Origin: Tolumonas sp.
Lineage (GTDB): Bacteria; Pseudomonadota; Gammaproteobacteria; Enterobacterales; Aeromonadaceae
Length of the DNA stretch: 64,000 nucleotides
NCBI GenBank assembly: GCA_041915645.1
Contig: JAYSBB010000001.1
Span: 16,007-80,006 of the forward strand
Reading direction: 5' to 3'
How positions within the stretch are numbered: position 1 is the first letter of the stretch; each line of letters starts with the position of its first letter. A program made the position numbers and the translations under genes. Positions 56,197 through 64,000 of the stretch are shown one piece after another. Below the pieces are notes generated by a model. It made no database searches, was not told where the DNA came from, and was given only the letters and a program-made list of their open reading frames with translations.

Positions 56197-56982
56197 TTAC
56201 AGCCGGTATTCGTGACCATGGTTTTGGATCAGTCGTTTGGTGACGTCATGCTGTGGATTGGCGAATACTTCGCTGGTCAGCCCGCTTTCAACGACTTCCC
56301 CCTGATGCATGATCAAGACTTTATCGCTGATATGGCGCACCAGACCCAGATCGTTGGCAACGACCACGTAAGATAACCCCAACCGTTCCTGCAATTTCAG
56401 CAACAAATTGACGATTTGCGAGCGCATGGAGACATCCAGCATCGAGAAGGCTTCATCGGCCACGATGATCTTCGGATCAAGGATCAGCGCCCGTGCCAGC
56501 GCGACACGTTGTTTTTGCCCTAATGAGATCATCTGCGGATAAAACAGCGCATGTTCCGGTAATAAACCGACCATCCGTAAAGTGTCGATCACGGTGTTAG
56601 CGCGTTCTTCTTCCGTGAGATCAGTATTCAGGCGTAGCGGTGCTTCCAGAATTCGACCGACCCGAAGTTGCGGGTTTAACGAAGAATTCGGGTCTTGGAA
56701 GATCATGCGGATCAGTTTGCAGCGTTTTTGTGTATCTTCAAACGCAATTACTTCTCCATTTACTTCTATTTCACCGGAGGTTGGTGGCACCACGCCAGCC
56801 AATATCTTGGCAAGTGTACTTTTGCCGGAGCCAGTTTCACCAACCAATGCGAGTGTTTCACCAGGCTCTAAAGTGAATGAAATATCTTTTAACACTTGAA
56901 CCGGTTTGCGGCGGAATAAACCCACCCGATTGATAAAGGTTTTATTGATACCACTGACTTTCAATAAGGGTGCGGAGTTCAT
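56197..56982 (-). CDS. sapF: Sap ABC transporter ATPase SapF
   Basis: [16 protein letters not shown], degenerate signature ISLGQKQRV. Confidence 0.92.
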   Translation of the reverse strand: MNSAPLLKVSGINKTFINRVGLFRRKPVQVLKDISFTLEPGETLALVGETGSGKSTLAKILAGVVPPTSGEIEVNGEVIAFEDTQKRCKLIRMIFQDPNSSLNPQLRVGRILEAPLRLNTDLTEEERANTVIDTLRMVGLLPEHALFYPQMISLGQKQRVALARALILDPKIIVADEAFSMLDVSMRSQIVNLLLKLQERLGLSYVVVANDLGLVRHISDKVLIMHQGEVVESGLTSEVFANPQHDVTKRLIQNHGHEYRL

Positions 56983-57977
56983 CGGCTGGAATCCTCCAGG
57001 TTCAGTGGGAAATGGCAATAAAATTGGTGTCCTTTACTTTGGGTGACACCGGGCATACGTACACACATTTTCTGTGCATACGGGCAGCGCGGTCCAAGAC
57101 GGCAACCGATAGGCAAATGCTGCAGTGGTGGTATGGAGCCGGGTAGGGTGATCAGTGCTGATTTATGCGGCAAATTTTGACTGAAATCCGGCAACGCGTT
57201 CAATAGCGCATTGGTATAAGGGTGATGCGGATTTTTTAATACTAGTTCGCGTGGACCAGTTTCTACCATCTGACCGCAATACATCACACTGATGGTATCC
57301 GCCAGATTGGCTATCGCATTTAAATCGTTACTGATCAGCAAAATGGTGGTGTGGTTAACCACGTTCATTTTATCCAGCAGCCGTAAAATTTGTGCCTGTG
57401 TGGTGGCTTCCATAGAGCTGATGGGTTCATCGGCGATCAGCAGTTTGGGTTTGACGGCGATAGCCATTGCAATCATGACTTTCTGGCAGATACCATCAGA
57501 AAGCTCTAGTGGATAGGCGTTCATGACTTTGTCATGATCTTTAACGCCAACGCGGTGCAATAAAGCTTTGGCATGTTTTTTCCGCCAAAACGGCCATTGC
57601 CACCATTTTCCTTCAAATACCCGGCTTGGAATGACTTCCATGAGCTGATCGCCAACTGGAATGGATGGGTCGAGACAGGATACGGGTTCCTGAAAGATCA
57701 TGGCGATGTTATTTGATAGAAACTGACGGCGCTGACGAGCCGTCAACTCGAGTAAGTTCACATCGCAGATCCGCAGACGATCGGCTGAAACATGCCAGTT
57801 ATCTTTAGTGATCCCCACCAGTGCTTTGGCAACCAAACTTTTACCTGAACCGGACTCACCGACTAAACCACGAACTTCGCCTTCATTAATCGTCAGGCTG
57901 ATTTTATCGACGACTTTGACGCGGCCTTGTGAGGTGTCGATCTCAATAGTCAGATTACGAATATCCAATAACGGCAT
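56979..57977 (-). CDS. sapD: Sap ABC transporter ATPase SapD
   Basis: [32 protein letters not shown]. Confidence 0.93.
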   Translation of the reverse strand: MPLLDIRNLTIEIDTSQGRVKVVDKISLTINEGEVRGLVGESGSGKSLVAKALVGITKDNWHVSADRLRICDVNLLELTARQRRQFLSNNIAMIFQEPVSCLDPSIPVGDQLMEVIPSRVFEGKWWQWPFWRKKHAKALLHRVGVKDHDKVMNAYPLELSDGICQKVMIAMAIAVKPKLLIADEPISSMEATTQAQILRLLDKMNVVNHTTILLISNDLNAIANLADTISVMYCGQMVETGPRELVLKNPHHPYTNALLNALPDFSQNLPHKSALITLPGSIPPLQHLPIGCRLGPRCPYAQKMCVRMPGVTQSKGHQFYCHFPLNLEDSSR

Positions 57978-58870
57978 TATTCAAGTCCTTGTTGCAGTGC
58001 TTTACGCAGGCCTTCACCGACCAGATTGGTGGCAACCACACTTAGCATGATGGCTAAACCCGGTAATGCAACGTTCCACGGCGAGATATAAGCAAGATCT
58101 AAACTATCTGCGAGCATGGTACCCCATTCGGGCAACGGCGATTGCGCACCGATGCCCAGAAAACAGACGGCACTGATATCGAGTATGGCGGCAGAGAGCC
58201 CTCGCGTGGTTTGCGTAACCAATACATCTAGAATGTTCGGTAAAATCGCGAGTCGCAGAATACGCCACGGTGTTGAACCATCAAGCCGTACCGCGATGAT
58301 GTACTCTTTGCCTGCTATTTCACGGACGGCATTAAATGAGGCTCGAATAAACTGCGGAATTAAAGCCAAGGTGATGGCGAGCAAGGCATTTTCGAGGCTG
58401 GCTCCCATCAGTGAAACCAGCACAATAGCCAACAGCAAGGAAGGAACAGATAACAACACATCCAGCATGTGGTGCAAGATGCTGGACATCAGACCGCGTT
58501 GCATACCAGCAACAACCCCAATACCAGAACCTATCAACATGGCCAAGACACAGGCGGTCAGTGCGCTACCAAAGGTCATCTGGGCGCCGTATAACAGACG
58601 CGATAACACGTCTCGGCCTAAGTCATCGGTGCCTAAAAAGTAGTGCAGTGAGCCATTTTTTTCCCACGAAGGTGAGAGCAGCAGTGCATTGGCGTTTTGA
58701 TCAAACGGATCATAACTGGATAACGATGGGCCCAGCACTGCCATGGCAATAAAAAAGGCAAACATCCACAAACCGGCCATGGCGCGCGAGTTTTGGCGAA
58801 ACGTTTGCCATGTCTGTGCCAGCGGTGACGGTATGCGGATCTCAGGGTAAATTCTAACCTTGCTGGGCAT
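57977..58870 (-). CDS. sapC: Sap ABC transporter permease SapC
   Basis: [32 protein letters not shown]. Confidence 0.92.
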   Translation of the reverse strand: MPSKVRIYPEIRIPSPLAQTWQTFRQNSRAMAGLWMFAFFIAMAVLGPSLSSYDPFDQNANALLLSPSWEKNGSLHYFLGTDDLGRDVLSRLLYGAQMTFGSALTACVLAMLIGSGIGVVAGMQRGLMSSILHHMLDVLLSVPSLLLAIVLVSLMGASLENALLAITLALIPQFIRASFNAVREIAGKEYIIAVRLDGSTPWRILRLAILPNILDVLVTQTTRGLSAAILDISAVCFLGIGAQSPLPEWGTMLADSLDLAYISPWNVALPGLAIMLSVVATNLVGEGLRKALQQGLE

Positions 58871-59816
58871 ACATCGCTTTCCTTTTAGCTGGGTAGAACA
58901 GAACAGTCAGTAATTCAGAAAAGACATTGATAACAATGAGTGTAATGGCTATTACCAGCATGCAGGCCAGAACAGCGGCGAAATCGCGGGCATTGATACT
59001 GCTCACTAGCCAGCGTCCTAATCCGGGCCATTCAAACATTTGTTCAGTAATAATGGCGGAGGTCACTATGGTACCAAATTGCATACTCATCATTGGTAAA
59101 ATAGGCGGTAATGCATTACGCAACCCATGCGTTAACACAACACTCCAGGTTGAACGTCCACGACTGAGTGCAGCTTTAATATAACTTTGCCCCATCACTT
59201 CACTCAGCGAACTGCGTACTAAACGGATCACCTCAGTGGTGGTTATCAAACCCAGTACACTTGCCGGTAATATCAGATGCTGCAGTGCATCCAATAATGC
59301 TGCCATCCGATAGGGTTTATCAGACAACCAGCAGTCAAGCAAACTGAAGCCAGTTACCGGGCGGATTTGATAAAGCAGGCTTAACTGTCCGGAAGAGGGG
59401 AACCAACCCAATTGCATCGCCAATGTCATGATCAATAACGTCGCAAGCCAATAAATGGGGATCGAAAAACCCAGTAAACTGAGGTTGGTGATGATCATGT
59501 CCGGCCAACGATCCCGATATAACGCAGCCAACATACCCAATGTAATACCAACAACGGTCGCCAGGAAAATCGCCGCTAAAGCTAAGCCTAATGTGGCCGG
59601 TAAATAAGCCAGCACGCTGTTTAACACGGGGTCACCAGTGACGCTAGAAATGCCCCACTGACCTTGTAGGAAGTTTTTGACGAACTCAACATAGCCATTG
59701 ATCAGATTTAGTGAATTGTCGCTATCAATATGCCGATCCATGCCATAGGCCAACAGGCTCAGGATGAGTAACGTAAAGAACAATAAGCTTAAGCGGCGCA
59801 ATGTGTAAATGAGCAT
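58854..59816 (-). CDS. sapB: Sap ABC transporter permease SapB
   Basis: MLIYTLRR, HLILPA, TTEVIR, WPGLGRWL. Confidence 0.92.
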   Translation of the reverse strand: MLIYTLRRLSLLFFTLLILSLLAYGMDRHIDSDNSLNLINGYVEFVKNFLQGQWGISSVTGDPVLNSVLAYLPATLGLALAAIFLATVVGITLGMLAALYRDRWPDMIITNLSLLGFSIPIYWLATLLIMTLAMQLGWFPSSGQLSLLYQIRPVTGFSLLDCWLSDKPYRMAALLDALQHLILPASVLGLITTTEVIRLVRSSLSEVMGQSYIKAALSRGRSTWSVVLTHGLRNALPPILPMMSMQFGTIVTSAIITEQMFEWPGLGRWLVSSINARDFAAVLACMLVIAITLIVINVFSELLTVLFYPAKRKAMYAQQG

Positions 59817-59819
59817 AAC

Positions 59820-61433
59820 TTACTCCCGATAAGCCTTTTTAAATGAAACACCACCGGTGGGCGGAATGACAATATTGTGCATGTTTCGCCAGTAGGCACT
59901 CACCATCAGGGCATGAGCCAGCGGGATCACAGGAACATACTGGTAGATCATTTCCTGACTGAGTTGGTATTCAAAGATCCGTTGTGATAATCGCTGAGTA
60001 GCTAACGCATTATCCAGATGGGCATCAAACTCAGGATTACACCAGCCAGAATAGTTGTTACCCTCTTTACCCATCGCTTCGCAGCTGAGTAATGGGCGCA
60101 AGAAGTTGTCAGGATCGGCATTGTCTGCAGCCCATGATAATAAGGCTAAATCATGTTTACCTTCTTGCAGGTTTGCTCGCATGAGTATCCAGCGTGTTTC
60201 CACCAACTGCACATTTATTCCGATGCGGGCTAAATCACCTCGGATCAACTGAGCCGTTTTCGATGCATTTGGGTTATAAGTTTTTGCAGTTGGTTGCACC
60301 CACATGGTTATATCAAAACCGTCCGGGTAACCGGCATCCTTCAACAACTCCCGCGCTTTATCTGGATCATAATAATACTCATCCAGATTCGGATGATGAG
60401 CCCAAGACGCTGGTGGCAACAAACTGGAGGCGGTTTCACCAGTATCATAAAAAACAGCTTGTTGCAGATTGTCACGGTTGATTGCCATGGCAATCGCTTG
60501 TCGGACCCGAATATCATTCAGCGGTTTCTGGCGGGTATTTAATGCCAGATACGTGGTATTCATGTTGCTCTGAATATCTAACTCAGTGCGTGGGTTATTA
60601 CGGATAAACGGCAATTGGCTGGCTGCGGGGGTCGCAATTACCTGACATTCACCAGTAAATAATTTTGCTAAGCGCTTAGAGGCACGAGGTGTGTAGTCGA
60701 AAACCAGCTGTTCCAGTTGTGGTGCTTTGTCCCAATAATCCGGATTTCTGCTTAGACGTAAATATTCATCTGGACGTTGTTCCAGTAACTGAAATGGTCC
60801 GGTTCCAATTGGTAAATCGTCCATATCCTGCAAATCGCCATGCTGGCGTTGCAGGTAGTCACCGTATTCCGCCGATAAAATCACGGCGTAATCGCTGGCT
60901 AATGTGGCCATAAACGAGGCATCGGGATGACGAAGGATAAATTGCACCTGATAGTCGGTAACTTTCTTCACATCCTGTAAAACTTCAGCAAATTGCCGGT
61001 TATCAAAAAACGGATAACGCGTTCCTGAAACGGCATGAAACGGATGGTTTGAATCAATAATGCGTTGAAAACTGAACACTACGTCATCGGCATTAAATAA
61101 CCGTTGTGGGGTAAACCATGCTGTATGGTGGAACGGTACATTCCGGCGTAAATTGAAGGTATAAACCAGACCATTGCGGCTGATACTCCAATTGTCGGCT
61201 AAGGCGCCATCCAAGCGTTGGGTATCAGGATTGATTTCGATCAGTCGGTTGTAGACTTGTTGTGACAATGACGCAACAAAAGGGCTGGAGCCCAGGATCT
61301 GCGGATTTAAGTGTTGGCTGAAACTATCAACACAATAAACAGCGCCGCTGGTTTTGGCTGATTCGACTGGTTTGCAGCCGGTGAGCAGTAATATTACGGC
61401 TCCCAAACAGTGCATTAATGAAAAAAGTTTCAT
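59820..61433 (-). CDS. sapA: Sap ABC transporter substrate-binding lipoprotein SapA
   Basis: Lipobox LTGC, FNADDVVFSF, ILSAEY, PIGTGPF. Confidence 0.92.
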   Translation of the reverse strand: MKLFSLMHCLGAVILLLTGCKPVESAKTSGAVYCVDSFSQHLNPQILGSSPFVASLSQQVYNRLIEINPDTQRLDGALADNWSISRNGLVYTFNLRRNVPFHHTAWFTPQRLFNADDVVFSFQRIIDSNHPFHAVSGTRYPFFDNRQFAEVLQDVKKVTDYQVQFILRHPDASFMATLASDYAVILSAEYGDYLQRQHGDLQDMDDLPIGTGPFQLLEQRPDEYLRLSRNPDYWDKAPQLEQLVFDYTPRASKRLAKLFTGECQVIATPAASQLPFIRNNPRTELDIQSNMNTTYLALNTRQKPLNDIRVRQAIAMAINRDNLQQAVFYDTGETASSLLPPASWAHHPNLDEYYYDPDKARELLKDAGYPDGFDITMWVQPTAKTYNPNASKTAQLIRGDLARIGINVQLVETRWILMRANLQEGKHDLALLSWAADNADPDNFLRPLLSCEAMGKEGNNYSGWCNPEFDAHLDNALATQRLSQRIFEYQLSQEMIYQYVPVIPLAHALMVSAYWRNMHNIVIPPTGGVSFKKAYRE

Positions 61434-61593
61434 ACGACATCCGTGACTGATAGGCTGGGACAACCGCCACGATTGGCGTTGACCACGTCTAAGTGCTGAT
61501 TATAACGCGAGTTATCCTTCAACGCTTGTCTGAGATGAAGGGCATTCTCTTACTGAATGAACGAAATAAAAAACATCAACGGCGGAGGTAGCT

Positions 61594-63006
61594 GTGTTGC
61601 GGCGAGAACGATGGCTGAATTTGCAACGAAAGGCGGATACATTATGGCAACGTACCTGGGATCGTCATTTACGCTTGGCCGTCACAGGTTTGGCGCGCAG
61701 CGGTAAAACGGCTTTTGTTACTGCGCTGATCCAACAACTGGAACAGGCCGGTTTTAGTGCCAAATTACCCCATTGGCAGGTTTTACAGCAAGGCCGCTTG
61801 CTCGGTGCTCAGCAAGTTATTCAAACCCATCATCACATTCCCACCTTTGGTTATTCACAGGCGTTGTCGATGCTGGCATCTGATCCGCCACAATGGCCTG
61901 ATCCAACCCAAACACTCAGTGAAATCCGCTTAGAACTCCGCTTTCGTAGTCAGCAGTTATTACGGCAAAAAATTGGCCATGATGTTTGCCGCCTGTATTT
62001 AGATATTGTCGATTATCCCGGTGAATGGTTGCTGGATCTTCCGTTGTTAGATCTGAGTTATGCGCAATGGAGTGAACAGGTAAAAGAGCAATTGCAGTCA
62101 TTATCTCGTCGTCAGTTGGCAGAGACTTGGTTACAAGCGGGTAATCATTGGGGCGCGACCCAGCCATTTGCTGCTGTGGTAGATGAAGTAAAACAAGTCT
62201 CGGCGCTGTACACCCAGTATTTGCATGCTTGTCGGCAGCAGCTAGGGTTGCAGAGTATTCAGCCGGGGCGTTTTGTATTACCGGGTGAGTTTGCTGGTGC
62301 GCCGTTATTGCAATTTGTGCCATGGGTTTGGGAACAACCGGCTGAATCACCTGCTAGTGAGTCGCTGTATGGATTATTACAGTCACGCTTTGAAGCTTAT
62401 AAAGAACATGTCGTAAAACCGTTTTACCGCGATCATTTTTCCAGCTTTGACCGACAGATTGTGCTGGTGGATTGTTTGCAACCTTTAAAAACCAGCCGGG
62501 AAGCAATCTATGATTTACGCGATACGTTGGGTCAATTATTACAGAGTTTTCAATATGGTAATAGCCACTGGTGGCAGCGCTTGTTTTCGCCGCGTATTGA
62601 TAAATTGCTGTTTGTGGCGAGTAAGGCCGATCACGTTACACCGGAACAACATCCGGCATTGCTGAGTTTATTACGTGAGCTCGTGCACCCAGGATTAGCC
62701 AGAGCGCGCTTTGAGGGAATTTCGCTGGAATGTATGGCAATGGCTGCCATTCGGGCCAGTGAATATCATCAGGTTGATTACAACGGGCAACCATTAACCG
62801 TGTTGCATGGGGTTGATATGACCGGGCATGAGTTGGCGCTGTTTCCTGGTGTTATTCCGGCCCGTATTCCTGAACCAGATTTTTGGCAAAATTCTTCATT
62901 ACGATTAACGGATCTTCGGCCACCGGTTTGGCATAGTGCGGAAGCCAGACCGCATATTCGGCTGGATCAAGTTCTGGAATATTTGCTGGGAGATAAGATG
63001 CAATGA
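61594..63006 (+). CDS. ycjX: YcjX-family GTPase
   Basis: RLAVTGLARSGKTAF, DIVDYPGEWLLDLP, KADHVT, HIRLD. Confidence 0.95.
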   Translation: MLRRERWLNLQRKADTLWQRTWDRHLRLAVTGLARSGKTAFVTALIQQLEQAGFSAKLPHWQVLQQGRLLGAQQVIQTHHHIPTFGYSQALSMLASDPPQWPDPTQTLSEIRLELRFRSQQLLRQKIGHDVCRLYLDIVDYPGEWLLDLPLLDLSYAQWSEQVKEQLQSLSRRQLAETWLQAGNHWGATQPFAAVVDEVKQVSALYTQYLHACRQQLGLQSIQPGRFVLPGEFAGAPLLQFVPWVWEQPAESPASESLYGLLQSRFEAYKEHVVKPFYRDHFSSFDRQIVLVDCLQPLKTSREAIYDLRDTLGQLLQSFQYGNSHWWQRLFSPRIDKLLFVASKADHVTPEQHPALLSLLRELVHPGLARARFEGISLECMAMAAIRASEYHQVDYNGQPLTVLHGVDMTGHELALFPGVIPARIPEPDFWQNSSLRLTDLRPPVWHSAEARPHIRLDQVLEYLLGDKMQ

Positions 63007-64000
63007 AGCAACCAGCACCGATGTCCGATGTCAAAACGGCGGTTGAAATCCCATTAGATTTATTAAATCAGAGCACCATAGCTAAAAGTGCAACACCAAT
63101 AGAAATTACTCCGGCACAGCTAGATGAATCGTCTTTGTTCATTGAAAGTGATGTTGAGTCAGATAATACAGCATTACCTTCTAAACCTGTTTCTGGCTGG
63201 CTACGTTGGGGCGTTGGTGGAGTACTAACTTTATCGCTATTAGAAGCGGGTAGTTTTCTGTATCAGCAATGGTCGCAAAGTTACTGGTGGGGAGGCGCAT
63301 GGTCCGCTGCTCTCGGTTGTTTATTGCTGGGTGGCTGCGTGGCCTTAGGCCGGGAATATCGTGTGTTACGTCGTTTACGGCGTACTTTGCAATCTCGCCA
63401 GCAGGCTGAACAGCTGAGAACAGAACGACAGCATGGTAATGCGTTAGCTTTTTGCCGACAGCTCGCTAACGAATTGCAATTACAGCAATCACCTGCTTAT
63501 CAGCATTGGTTGGAGCATATAGAACCGCATCATGATGACAGTGAAATTTTGACCTTGTTTAGCCAATTGGTGTTACGGCCATTAGATGATAAAGCGTTGC
63601 AACTGGTGCTGAAATCCAGCAGTCAGACGGCGTTGCTGGTGGCGGCAAGCCCATTGGCATTGGCGGATATGGTATTAGTGCTATGGCGTAATCTGAAAAT
63701 GCTGCGTGAAATTGCAGATATTTATCAGATCCATTTAGGGTATTGGGGGCAACTACGGTTGATCCGTCAAATTCTACAAAATATGGTGTTTGCGGGGGCT
63801 GCGGAGTTAGTCACGGAATTAGGGACGGATTGGTTTAGTGCGGAGTTAACATCAAAGTTATCCGCAAAATTAGCGCAAGGGCTGGGCAGTGGTTTGTTAT
63901 CCGCCCGCTTAGGGATTAATGCGATACAAGCTTGTCGTCCGTTAACGCTGTTGCCAGATGAAAAACCTAAACTTTCACAAATCAGAAAAGCGCTGTTAAA
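63003..64000 (+). CDS. ycjF: YcjF (UPF0283) membrane protein; runs off the window end
   Basis: Not in the ORF track. ATG at 63003 overlaps the ycjX stop; frame contains TM segments, ASPLALADMVLVLWRNLKM, LSAKLAQGLGSGLLSARLG and CRP. Confidence 0.92.
   Translation, partial: MKQPAPMSDVKTAVEIPLDLLNQSTIAKSATPIEITPAQLDESSLFIESDVESDNTALPSKPVSGWLRWGVGGVLTLSLLEAGSFLYQQWSQSYWWGGAWSAALGCLLLGGCVALGREYRVLRRLRRTLQSRQQAEQLRTERQHGNALAFCRQLANELQLQQSPAYQHWLEHIEPHHDDSEILTLFSQLVLRPLDDKALQLVLKSSSQTALLVAASPLALADMVLVLWRNLKMLREIADIYQIHLGYWGQLRLIRQILQNMVFAGAAELVTELGTDWFSAELTSKLSAKLAQGLGSGLLSARLGINAIQACRPLTLLPDEKPKLSQIRKALL

Overview
This is a core-chromosome window (roughly 46-48% GC by eye) of a gammaproteobacterium; gene content and sequence style suggest Aeromonadaceae, possibly Tolumonas (inference). 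Gene order: lon(partial)-clpX-clpP-tig, mtgA, a SypA-like STAS gene, the thiC-thiDE-thiFSGH operon under a TPP riboswitch, an ERIC repeat, slp-hypothetical-tsaB-yoaA, glgP, yeaG-yeaH-ycgB, a second Lon, a 63-aa orphan ORF, glgX, an IS4-family element, two tandem ptsG paralogs, ygfZ/sdhE/ygfX, nadB, rpoE-rseABC, lepA-lepB-rnc-era-recO-pdxJ, a group IV ornithine/lysine decarboxylase, rlmJ, yheS, slyD, fur, fldA, ybfE, ybfF, seqA, pgm, sapABCDF and ycjX-ycjF(partial). I saw no tRNA, rRNA, CRISPR array or prophage, and no convincing new multi-gene system. The strongest unexplained signals are: (1) the IS4 copy has non-matching 13-bp flanks taken from two different terminators, and it lies inside the interval where KOPS polarity flips in an origin-like way with no oriC, which suggests a large rearrangement junction or a mis-assembly; (2) a stand-alone 63-aa ORF with a near-consensus sigmaE promoter and its own terminator; (3) a SypA-like STAS protein lacking the phospho-acceptor serine, behind LuxO-like enhancer boxes and a sigma54-like element; (4) an identical 17-mer in two unrelated promoter regions. 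All motif scans were done by eye.
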